Positions 56,217 to 64,000 of a stretch of DNA of 64,000 nt are shown here, in pieces. Position numbers and translations under genes: made by a program. How positions within the stretch are numbered: the first letter of the stretch is position 1; each line of letters opens with the position of its first letter. Source of the DNA: Candidatus Melainabacteria bacterium (GTDB lineage Bacteria; Cyanobacteriota; Vampirovibrionia; 2-02-FULL-35-15). Location of the stretch: the NCBI GenBank assembly GCA_023250195.1, contig JAHFBF010000001.1, positions 498,422 through 562,421 on the forward strand, in the 5' to 3' direction. A model generated the notes under the pieces. That model did no database searches, had not been told where the DNA came from, and was given only the letters and a program-made list of their open reading frames with translations.

Positions 56217-57917
56217 TTACTCTATCTGCTTTGCACCTAAAAGTTCGCTAACTGCATTTGTAAAATCATCGCTTGAACGTGCAGTATGAATATTAGCTTT
56301 TAGTTCAACCTTAGCCTCAGGTAATTTACTGGTTTCAACAAACAATTCGCGCTTTGTTTGCCTTGGAACCACTTTAAATCTGATTAATTTTGGATCAAGC
56401 CCAGAAGCTATGTTCACAGCTTTTAAAATCATTTCTTTTTTCTTGGCATCCTGATCTAATCTTGGTAAGAACATATCTTTTGATAACCCTACTTCAACAA
56501 TTTCTTTTGTTAATTGCAGTAAATAACTTTCAGACTGGGCAAGTAGAGTTTTTGTAGGATTGCTTTCAATAAGACCAACTATTCTTTGCCATAATATATC
56601 TAAATCTGAGTTGTCATTGCGAGGAGGCTCTGAAAGAGCCGACGAAACAATCTCCTTACTCTCGTGTAAAGATTGTGAGATTGCTTCGTCGCTCACCGCC
56701 ACGCCTTCGGCTCGCGGCTTCGGCTCCTCGCAATGACGTGCAGCCTTAGGTTGCTCTTTTATATTTTCTCCAACTCTTCCTGTCTCAAGTTTTTCAATTC
56801 TTATCTTAAGTTCAGAAACAGATACTAAAAAATCTTCATCAAGCATACTCATAATATCAGCCATAAACTGCAACTCCTGACTAAGAGCAAAACGTAATTT
56901 AGACTGTGTATCATGAAGTCTGTCTATAATTTTAAGTATATGTTCCTGACTAACTTTATCCAATATATTTAAATCACCTGACAATTCAAGTTTAAGTTTG
57001 TTTTTATAGCCAGGATCAATTTTTGCTTTTGCAAGATCAATTATCAATTCGAGCAGATCCTTGAACAATTCACTTATATCCTTCCCGCTCTTTATCAGCT
57101 CTTCCGCTAAATCAATAGATTCCTTTCTGTTAAAACTTAACACCGATTCAATTAGTTTAAATAAGCTTGTTCTATGTACAATTCCAAACAATTCAAAGAC
57201 TTCACTTGAAGAAATTGGTTTGTTTTCTACTTGTAGAACACTAATTTGATCCAGAAGAGAGACTGCATCCCGTAAACAGCCATTTGATCTTTTTGCAATA
57301 AAACTAATTACAGTTTCATCAATATTTATTTTTTCTTTATTTGTAATTTCCTTCACTCTTTTTTCAAGTTTTTCCTGGGAAATCGGCTTAAAATCTAATT
57401 TCTGGCATCTGCTTATAATAGTTGGTATTATTTTATATTCCTCTGTAGTAGCCAGAATAAATATTACATTTTTCGGTGGTTCTTCCAGAGTTTTTAAAAG
57501 AGCATTAAATGCATGATCAGTCAGCATATGGACTTCATCAATTATATAAATCTTAAAGCGCGATCCATATGTGCCAAGATTAACTCTGTTAATTAAATCT
57601 TCAGCATCTTCTACTTTTCTGTGACTTGCTGCATCTATTTCTATAACATCCAGAGAATTGCCATTAGTTATAGACTGGCAGCTCACACATTGTCCACATG
57701 GTTCCACAGTAATCCCTGATTCACAATTTAAAGACTTTGCAAGTATTCTTGCAGTAGAAGTTTTTCCGGTACCACGCGGACCACAAAAAAGATAAGCATG
57801 AACAATTTTATTATAAGCAATTGCATTTGAAAGCGTTCTAGTAACTACATCCTGACCTACAAGCTCAGAGAGTTTTTGAGGACGATATTTTAAGTATAGT
57901 GGCTGGTATTGTTTCAT
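56217..57917 (-). CDS. dnaX: DNA polymerase III subunit gamma/tau
   Basis: YRPQKLSELVGQ, Walker A GPRGTGKTS, zinc module CESGITVEPCGQCVSC, DEVHML, SRCQ. ATG at 57917 (MKQYQPLYLKYRPQ) is preferred over the GTG at 57935. Confidence 0.95.
   Translation of the reverse strand: MKQYQPLYLKYRPQKLSELVGQDVVTRTLSNAIAYNKIVHAYLFCGPRGTGKTSTARILAKSLNCESGITVEPCGQCVSCQSITNGNSLDVIEIDAASHRKVEDAEDLINRVNLGTYGSRFKIYIIDEVHMLTDHAFNALLKTLEEPPKNVIFILATTEEYKIIPTIISRCQKLDFKPISQEKLEKRVKEITNKEKINIDETVISFIAKRSNGCLRDAVSLLDQISVLQVENKPISSSEVFELFGIVHRTSLFKLIESVLSFNRKESIDLAEELIKSGKDISELFKDLLELIIDLAKAKIDPGYKNKLKLELSGDLNILDKVSQEHILKIIDRLHDTQSKLRFALSQELQFMADIMSMLDEDFLVSVSELKIRIEKLETGRVGENIKEQPKAARHCEEPKPRAEGVAVSDEAISQSLHESKEIVSSALSEPPRNDNSDLDILWQRIVGLIESNPTKTLLAQSESYLLQLTKEIVEVGLSKDMFLPRLDQDAKKKEMILKAVNIASGLDPKLIRFKVVPRQTKRELFVETSKLPEAKVELKANIHTARSSDDFTNAVSELLGAKQIE
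56613..56737. repeat. Palindromic MITE-like element (GTCATTGCGAGG family) inside the dnaX coding frame
   Basis: GTCATTGCGAGGAGGC...CGACGAAACAATCTC // GAGATTGCTTCGTCG...GGCTCCTCGCAATGAC. It is translated as RHCEEPKPRAEGVAVSDEAISQSLHESKEIVSSALSEPPRNDN. Confidence 0.8.
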
Positions 57918-57951
57918 GGTTGCCAATGTAGGCACGTAGCATGCTACGTAC

Positions 57952-58554
57952 CTACACTATTACCTCTATCCCGTTAAATTTATTCATAGCTTCCCCCACA
58001 TCTTTTGTAACTATCGTTTCAAGCGCTGATATAGAAAGCTCTGTAACTTTTTTTACCAGATTTTCTTCTTCTTTTGCAAACTTTTTTAGCACATAATCTG
58101 CTCTTATATCACCACCCGGATCAGGACCCACCCCTATTCTCAGTCTGGTAAATTCCTGCTCCCCTCCAAGCATTTGAATTATTGATTCTACACCATGATG
58201 ACCACCTGCACCACTATTAAAATTAATCCTGACTTTTCCAAGATTTAATGCAACATCATCATGTACTACAATTAAATTTTTTGGTTCAATCTTGAACCAG
58301 TTTAATAATTTTACTACTGCATCTCCAGAATGGTTCATAAAAGTTGTAGGCCATGCCAGTATAATCTCATAAGTCTTGCTTTCAATTTCAATTTTTTCTT
58401 TCCCATACCAGGAGGATTGTTTTTTTTCTTCTTTTCCTAAAATCTTATATTTCTCTCCAAAAGCATCCAGTACGGCAAATCCCACATTATGGCGAGTGTT
58501 CTCATATTCATTGCCAGGATTTCCTAAAGCTACAATTATCTTTTTGGCTGCCAT
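57952..58554 (-). CDS. pth: Peptidyl-tRNA hydrolase
   Basis: IVALGNPGNEYENTRHNVGF, HDD, GGHHG(V)ESI motifs. Confidence 0.95.
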   Translation of the reverse strand: MAAKKIIVALGNPGNEYENTRHNVGFAVLDAFGEKYKILGKEEKKQSSWYGKEKIEIESKTYEIILAWPTTFMNHSGDAVVKLLNWFKIEPKNLIVVHDDVALNLGKVRINFNSGAGGHHGVESIIQMLGGEQEFTRLRIGVGPDPGGDIRADYVLKKFAKEEENLVKKVTELSISALETIVTKDVGEAMNKFNGIEVIV

Positions 58555-58559
58555 ACTTC

Positions 58560-59747
58560 TTAATTCCTAACACTGGGCGCGATAAATTGCGCCCCTACAG
58601 GTGATTCCACAATATTTCTTCTGACAGCATTATCAATATCCAGGATTTCTTCTAACGATTTAGGTTTAGTCGGTGTATGTTCTTCTAAAGCCTTTGAAAT
58701 AATTTTTGCAATATCTATAAACAAAATCTTTTCTTTTAAAAATAAATCTACAGCTACTTCATTTGCAGCATTTAAAACTATTGGATAACTTTCTCCTTTT
58801 TCTGCTACATCATAAGCCAATTTTAGACATGGAAATCTTTCAAAATCAGGTTTTTCAAATTCAAGTTTTCCGACAGACAATAAATCACAGAACAAATTAA
58901 AAGGCAGTTCTTTTCTCTCTGGATAAAAAAGTGAGTACTGGATAGGAAGTTTCATATCAGTAGCACCAAGCTGTGCAATTATATTCCCATCTACAAATTC
59001 AACTGCACTATGCATAATACTCTGCGGATGAATAAATACATCTATCTTATTTACTGACACATCAAATAATGTCATTGCTTCAATAATTTCAAGTCCTTTA
59101 TTCATTAAGGTTGCAGAGTCAACCGTAATCTTCTGTCCCATTACCCATGTAGGGTGTTTTAGTGCCTGTTCTTTTGTAGCTGCTTGAATCCGGGATTTGC
59201 TCCAGCTTCTAAAAGGACCACCTGATGCAGTTAAAATTATTCTTTTTATTTTTTCTTTCGGTGAATCATTTATACACTGGTGAATTGCTACATGCTCACT
59301 GTCAAGAGGAATAACTTCACCTCTGTTTTTTACTAAAAGATCTTTAATTAAACTCCCTGCAATAACCAATGTTTCTTTATTTGCAAATGCAACTCTTTTT
59401 CCGTGACTCAGTGCAGAAATAGTGGGTTTTAATCCCATTGAACCTACAAGACTGTTTACTACAATGTCACATGAACACGATGAAATAAACTCAAGACCTA
59501 TATCACCCCAGAATATTTCTATTACCGGGTTTTTTAAAATCGATTTTAATTCCTGTGCTAAAAAAGCATCTTTAACTGAAACAAATCGGGGATTATGTTC
59601 TTTTATCTGCTCAGCAAGAAGTGGAGCATTTTTACCTGCCGCTAAACCAACAACTTCAAAATCATCTTTAAATGCTGATAAAACATCCAGCGTTTGTCTT
59701 CCTATTGAACCGGTGGAGCCAAGTACAGTAACCTTTTTACGTTTCAA
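58560..59747 (-). CDS. dxr: 1-deoxy-D-xylulose 5-phosphate reductoisomerase
   Basis: VTVLGSTGSIGRQTLDV, LANKE(T)LV, DSEH(V)AI, HP(T)W(V)MG, NAANE motifs. Apparent TTG start. Confidence 0.95.
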   Translation of the reverse strand: MKRKKVTVLGSTGSIGRQTLDVLSAFKDDFEVVGLAAGKNAPLLAEQIKEHNPRFVSVKDAFLAQELKSILKNPVIEIFWGDIGLEFISSCSCDIVVNSLVGSMGLKPTISALSHGKRVAFANKETLVIAGSLIKDLLVKNRGEVIPLDSEHVAIHQCINDSPKEKIKRIILTASGGPFRSWSKSRIQAATKEQALKHPTWVMGQKITVDSATLMNKGLEIIEAMTLFDVSVNKIDVFIHPQSIMHSAVEFVDGNIIAQLGATDMKLPIQYSLFYPERKELPFNLFCDLLSVGKLEFEKPDFERFPCLKLAYDVAEKGESYPIVLNAANEVAVDLFLKEKILFIDIAKIISKALEEHTPTKPKSLEEILDIDNAVRRNIVESPVGAQFIAPSVRN

Positions 59748-59755
59748 CGCAACAC

Positions 59756-59848
59756 GTCATTGCGAGGGCTTCAGCCCGAAGCAATCTCCCTAACTTATTC
59801 ACGTTTGTGAGATTGTTTCGTCGGGACTTTGTCCCTCCTTGCAATGAC
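59756..59848. repeat. Palindromic MITE-like element (GTCATTGCGAGG family), intergenic between valS and dxr
   Basis: GTCATTGCGAGGGCTTCAGCCCGAAGCAATCTC ... GAGATTGTTTCGTCGGGACTTTGTCCCTCCTTGCAATGAC. It ends 9 nt upstream of the dxr start codon. Confidence 0.8.
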
Positions 59849-59885
59849 GTGAATTCATTATTATTGTTTTTCGACCACATATATT

Positions 59886-62741
59886 TTACTTTAATAATTC
59901 TATCTGCTCATCGATAGTTTTTATCTGATTCTCTAATTCATTAACTCTTGTCTTAACTTCATCTATTTTATCCTGAGCAGCGTTATTAATAAAGTTTGCA
60001 TTGTTAAGCTTTGTTTTTTGATTTTTCATTTCTTTTTCAAAGGAATCTTTCTTTTTATTTAAACTGCTTAACATATTGTCAAGATTATCATCCTTTGATA
60101 GCACAATTAACCCTCGCGTACCTTTAACTTTAGAATTTCCATTACTCACATTTATATCAGGATTTAATACCTCAAGTGGTGTCTCTGGAACCCAAAAAAT
60201 TAATGACGGTTTTGTAAGTTCTAATTTTTCTAAAACAACAACTTTACTTTTTGTTTGGCTCTCAATATAAATTTTTAGTGCCTCAATGACTCCCTTTGCA
60301 AGTCTACTTCCAGGCAGTAAGTTAACTGTTATTTCATTTGACCAAGGCAGATTAGCTTCTTGTCTTTTATTTCTAATCACTGTATTGATCTCTTTAATAA
60401 ATGAATAAGATTGTGCATAACTTGTAAATTCCCCTACAGACAAGTTACTGCTGTTTGGGTATTTTGCTTGTGATATAAACTTAATTTTATCCAATGCTGA
60501 TTTAGGTAATCGTTGCCATATTTCTTCAGTTATAAAAGGCATTATAGGCTGAAAAGCTCTGATTAATCCTTCGAGAACATAAAACAATATTGCCTGAGTA
60601 TTTTCTTTTATTTCAGGAATATTTAACTGTTCTTTTGCATCTTCCACATACCCATCACAAAACTGAAACCAGATAAATCTAAATAATCTCTGCGTTACAA
60701 ATGAATAATTGTGATTCTTGAAATATTCATTAATATTTGACAACATCCAGCAATATTCATGAAGTATCCATTTGTCTGGAATTGTAAGTTTGTTTTGATC
60801 AAGTCTTTCGAGAATTTGTTCAAAGTCAAGATTTGCTTCAAATGTTTTATTCTCTAATTTTTCTATTACAAATCTGTTTACATTCCAGATTTTATTTGCA
60901 AATCTTTTTCCCTTTTCAAGAATATCAGATTCCCACTTCCCATCTTTATCTTTTCTCCCCGGGAAACGCACATCCTGATTACCTGTTACACCTACGCTAA
61001 AATACCAGAATCTATTTGCATCTGCTCCATATTTTTCTATCATCTCAAGCGGATCAATTGCATTTCCTTTTGATTTTGACATTCGCTTTCCATCAGGAGT
61101 TTGAATAACAGGATGAATTAAAACTTCTTTAAATGGAACATCCTTTTTAAATTCTAAGCTCATAAAAACCATTCGTGAAACCCAAAGATTTATTATTTCT
61201 CTAGCTGTTGCTAAAACGGTTGTTGGATAAAAATCTTTTACAAGGTTAGCATCATCTCTACATTCTAAGGTTGCAAATGGCCAAAGAGCTGAACTAAACC
61301 ATGTATCTAGGACATCAGGGTCTTGAACTAACTCTGGAGAACTGCATTTATCACATTTTGCAGGAATAGTTTCTTTAATAGGTCCATAATACTCTCTTCT
61401 TTCGAGTTGAACTACACCATGAGAATTACACTTTTTACAATGCCAAGCTGGGATTTGATGCCCCCACCAGAGTTGCCTGCTTATACACCAGTCTTTGATA
61501 TTTCTTAGCCAATTTTTATAATGCTCAGCATATCTATCTGGAATAAATTTTACGCGTCCGTCTTCAACTGCCTCAATTGCAGATATTGAAAGTGAATGCT
61601 TTTTATCATTCATTTTTACATACCACTGCTCTGAAAGATATGGCTCTATGACCGTTCCACAGCGATCGTGTTTACTACATGCCTGATCATATTCAATCAC
61701 TTGTTTTAATAAGCCAAGCTCTTCAAGTTTTTGAACAGTAAGTTCTCTTGCTTTAAAGCGATCAAGATCTTGAATATCTGACGGTATTCCAATATTTTCT
61801 TTATCTATAATCTTTCCATTTGGCGACATGATTTCAGGATATGTACCTAATTCTTTATGTCTTTCAAAGATTTCATAATCCACCAGATCATGTGCTGGTG
61901 TAACCTTTAGACAGCCTGTTCCAAAATCAAGCTCTATTGCTTCATCACCAATAATTGGGATTTGCTTATTGATGAAAGGTAGAAAAACTTTTGTACCAAT
62001 TAATTTTTTATATCTGCCGTCATTTGGATTTACTGCCACTGCAATATCTCCAAACATTGTCTCAGGACGTGTTGTAGCTACTGTAAGGCCACCTTTTGAA
62101 AAATCTTTTAAGTCAAAGGGATATAAGATGTGAAAAAGCTTTCCTTTAATTTGCTCGGTTTCAACTTCCAGATCGCTGATGCTAGTTAAACACTTTGGAC
62201 ACCAGTTAACAATTCTTTTTCCACGATAGATTAAATCTTTTTTATAAAGATCTATAAAACCTTTTTTAACTGCAAATGAATAGTTATCCTCCATTGTAAA
62301 AACAAGATGATCATAATCAAGCATGCAACCAAGTTTTTTCATCTGGTTGATAATTTCATTTCCATGTTTTTCTTTCCAAACCCAGACACGCTTTAAAAAT
62401 TCTTCTCTTCCTAAATCTTCTTTTCTTTTCTTCTCATTTTTTGAAATCTCTCTTTCCACCAAAACTTGAGTAGCAATTCCAGCATGGTCTGTACCACCCT
62501 GCCAGAGAACATTTTTACCGTTCATTTTGTTATATCTGATTAAAACATCCTGAATAGTATCTCCAAATGCATGCCCCATATGAAGACTGCCCGTTACATT
62601 CGGTGGAGGAAGTGCAATTGAAAAGTTATTGTCCTTGTTAATAGGATCAGGTCTTGATGCAAAAAGCTTTTCATCCAGCCATATTTTCAGCCACTTTTCT
62701 TCAACTTCTTTTGGATTATATGTTTTAGACAATTCTGTCAT
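59886..62741 (-). CDS. valS: Valyl-tRNA synthetase
   Basis: PPPNVTGSLHMGHAF (HIGH), KMSKSKGN (KMSKS), and a C-terminal coiled coil. 951 aa. Confidence 0.97.
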   Translation of the reverse strand: MTELSKTYNPKEVEEKWLKIWLDEKLFASRPDPINKDNNFSIALPPPNVTGSLHMGHAFGDTIQDVLIRYNKMNGKNVLWQGGTDHAGIATQVLVEREISKNEKKRKEDLGREEFLKRVWVWKEKHGNEIINQMKKLGCMLDYDHLVFTMEDNYSFAVKKGFIDLYKKDLIYRGKRIVNWCPKCLTSISDLEVETEQIKGKLFHILYPFDLKDFSKGGLTVATTRPETMFGDIAVAVNPNDGRYKKLIGTKVFLPFINKQIPIIGDEAIELDFGTGCLKVTPAHDLVDYEIFERHKELGTYPEIMSPNGKIIDKENIGIPSDIQDLDRFKARELTVQKLEELGLLKQVIEYDQACSKHDRCGTVIEPYLSEQWYVKMNDKKHSLSISAIEAVEDGRVKFIPDRYAEHYKNWLRNIKDWCISRQLWWGHQIPAWHCKKCNSHGVVQLERREYYGPIKETIPAKCDKCSSPELVQDPDVLDTWFSSALWPFATLECRDDANLVKDFYPTTVLATAREIINLWVSRMVFMSLEFKKDVPFKEVLIHPVIQTPDGKRMSKSKGNAIDPLEMIEKYGADANRFWYFSVGVTGNQDVRFPGRKDKDGKWESDILEKGKRFANKIWNVNRFVIEKLENKTFEANLDFEQILERLDQNKLTIPDKWILHEYCWMLSNINEYFKNHNYSFVTQRLFRFIWFQFCDGYVEDAKEQLNIPEIKENTQAILFYVLEGLIRAFQPIMPFITEEIWQRLPKSALDKIKFISQAKYPNSSNLSVGEFTSYAQSYSFIKEINTVIRNKRQEANLPWSNEITVNLLPGSRLAKGVIEALKIYIESQTKSKVVVLEKLELTKPSLIFWVPETPLEVLNPDINVSNGNSKVKGTRGLIVLSKDDNLDNMLSSLNKKKDSFEKEMKNQKTKLNNANFINNAAQDKIDEVKTRVNELENQIKTIDEQIELLK

Positions 62742-62862
62742 ATCGTTTCTACCTACCGCCTTCCTTGCTCATTCTTCGCTTGTCAGGCTTTGCAATGTAC
62801 TCACGGTCTGCCACTTGTAATATTATACAAATTTTGATCTGCCTTCGGCAGATCAAAATTTT
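62742..62862 (-). promoter_or_regulatory. Conserved hairpin + TATAAT + leader module upstream of valS (copy B)
   Basis: The reverse complement reads AATTTTGATCTGCCGAAGGCAGATCAAAATT-TG-TATAAT-ATTACAAGTGGCAGACC...GCAAAGCCTGACAAGCGAAGAATGAGCAAGGAAGGCGGTAGG...ATG. It matches 6090-6204. Confidence 0.5.
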
Positions 62863-63000
62863 ACCGTATGAATAGTCTACCCGGAAATGTTATATAAGCT
62901 AAGCAGTAACAATTTAATCTTAACTACTCTTTTTATTGAGAATGGAGTACTTGCAAATACAAAAAAACTATGGTGAAATTAAATACTAAATTATATTCAA

Positions 63001-63621
63001 ATGATAATCACAAGAGCACAATCAGCCGGCATAAGAGAATTTGTACACTACCTCGGAGGAAATCCTGAATTAGTAGAAGAAGCGGTGGAAGACCTGGGGA
63101 GTCCAGAAATTATAGGTCGCGCGCCGGGTCCAACTATATGCTATCTTTCTCCACAAGAACAAAGAGCACTTACCATAATCCAAAGCAACTTAACTGGACC
63201 TGACTGCAGTATGCCTGTAACACAAGCCTGTAAAGTACTTGAAGAAGTGGTTTGCAGAGATATGGGACCTGAAGAACTAGCAAAATATTTACAAAACCTA
63301 GATCAATCTTTTGCTAGAAATTATGTTCCATTCAAGAAGGTTCTGCTTTCCAGTATCAGAAATAATCTTGCCCCTGTATTTGTTACATTTTTTGGATTGT
63401 TTTTTACTTCTTTATTTGCATTTACACAACACAAAGGCAATGAAGCAAATGAAAGACCAAGTTTTCATAAGCCTTATCCAGGAACTCAAGTTAAACCACC
63501 TTCCAATACATATCCCTTTTTTAGCGACCCTAATCTAACCCAGTATCCAGAACTAAGAGATTACAGGCCAGATACTCATGTATCTAGTCAAGAAAAGTTT
63601 CCAGACAAAAAGAAAAAATAA
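63001..63621 (+). CDS. Hypothetical protein with one predicted TM helix and a Pro-rich C-terminal tail
   Basis: 206-aa ORF. Hydrophobic segment LAPVFVTFFGLFFTSLFAF. No recognised motif. Confidence 0.4.
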   Translation: MIITRAQSAGIREFVHYLGGNPELVEEAVEDLGSPEIIGRAPGPTICYLSPQEQRALTIIQSNLTGPDCSMPVTQACKVLEEVVCRDMGPEELAKYLQNLDQSFARNYVPFKKVLLSSIRNNLAPVFVTFFGLFFTSLFAFTQHKGNEANERPSFHKPYPGTQVKPPSNTYPFFSDPNLTQYPELRDYRPDTHVSSQEKFPDKKKK

Positions 63622-63673
63622 AATACCTCTATTTTGTTCAATATGATAATATTTTTCTTGCTGAGGAAAAGAA

Positions 63674-64000
63674 ATGCCGGAAGATAAAGATCCAATAATA
63701 GTTTTAATGACTGCAAAAGATATTACAGAAGCAGAAAAAATTGCAGGTGAGCTTGTTAAAGATGGTTTAGCTGCATGCATAAACATAGTAAATAAAGTCC
63801 GCTCTATTTACCGCTGGCAGGGTGAAATTTGCAGGGATACTGAAGCTCTTTGTATCATAAAAACAGTTAAGGGAAACTTTGAAGCTTTAAAAGATAAAAT
63901 CAAGTCTCTTCATAGCTATACTACACCAGAAATTATTGGTTTGCCTATAGAAGTCACCTCTGAAAAATATCTAAAATGGCTCGTTAAAGAAACTAAAGCT
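63674..64000 (+). CDS. cutA: Divalent-cation tolerance protein CutA (3' end runs off window)
   Basis: My translation from ATG 63674 is MPEDKDPIIVLMTAKDITEAEKIAGELVKDGLAACINIVNKVRSIYRWQGEICRDTEALCIIKT...HSYTTPEIIGLPIEVTSEKYLKWL. This is the CutA1 pattern (AAC.NI, S.Y.W.G, KT, H.Y..PEI, YL.W). Confidence 0.85.
   Translation, partial: MPEDKDPIIVLMTAKDITEAEKIAGELVKDGLAACINIVNKVRSIYRWQGEICRDTEALCIIKTVKGNFEALKDKIKSLHSYTTPEIIGLPIEVTSEKYLKWLVKETKA

Noticed and set aside
56440-56460. A-rich run (AAGAAAAAAGAA) in dnaX as a possible gamma/tau programmed frameshift site
   Set aside because: The A-run is not in the X XXY YYZ register and lies near residue ~500 of 572. That is far downstream of where a gamma-producing shift would be expected.
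1-64000. CRISPR arrays, tRNA/rRNA genes, transposases, integrases, reverse transcriptases and recognisable defence-system genes
   Set aside because: By-eye inspection of intergenic regions and all listed ORFs found no evenly spaced direct repeats, no tRNA-like T-arm or acceptor patterns, and no ORFs with recombinase, RT or nuclease hallmark motifs.

Overview
AT-rich bacterial chromosomal window, standard genetic code, densely packed with short or overlapping gene junctions. The organism cannot be named from the sequence alone. The flanks hold housekeeping genes: hisH (partial), leuS, an M16 peptidase, a GatD-like amidotransferase, rph, glnB-amtB, phoU, ispF, dnaX, pth, dxr, valS and cutA (partial). 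The centre, about 18.6-53.4 kb, is a ~35 kb envelope-glycosylation island with an unusual make-up. It has four short polyprenyl-phosphate-type GT2 transferases and five polytopic GT-C-like membrane proteins, one of them fused to an FG-GAP propeller. It also has three further FG-GAP/VCBS proteins, four SAM methyltransferases and two paralogous GMC-type flavoproteins carrying a ferredoxin-like Cys motif. Sugar supply comes from a nucleotide-heptose pathway (transaldolase, GmhA, GmhB, HddA-like kinase, HddC-like nucleotidyltransferase), several SDR/epimerase/Gfo-Idh-MocA tailoring enzymes and Ugd. No Wzx/Wzy/ABC export or cytoplasmic GT-B transferases are visible. Four other things stand out. (1) A 1496-aa orphan protein has a glycine-rich hydrophobic C-terminal region. 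(2) A family of palindromic MITE-like elements (termini GTCATTGCGAGG...CCTCGCAATGAC) has two copies inserted in frame inside hisH and dnaX. (3) A ~88-nt two-hairpin element with compensatory base changes ends on the ATG of three of its four associated ORFs. (4) A second conserved hairpin + TATAAT + ~75-nt leader module is shared by the unrelated M16 peptidase and valS genes. I found no rRNA, tRNA, CRISPR array, transposase or integrase. All functional calls rest on motif recognition by eye in the supplied translations, and no database search was run.
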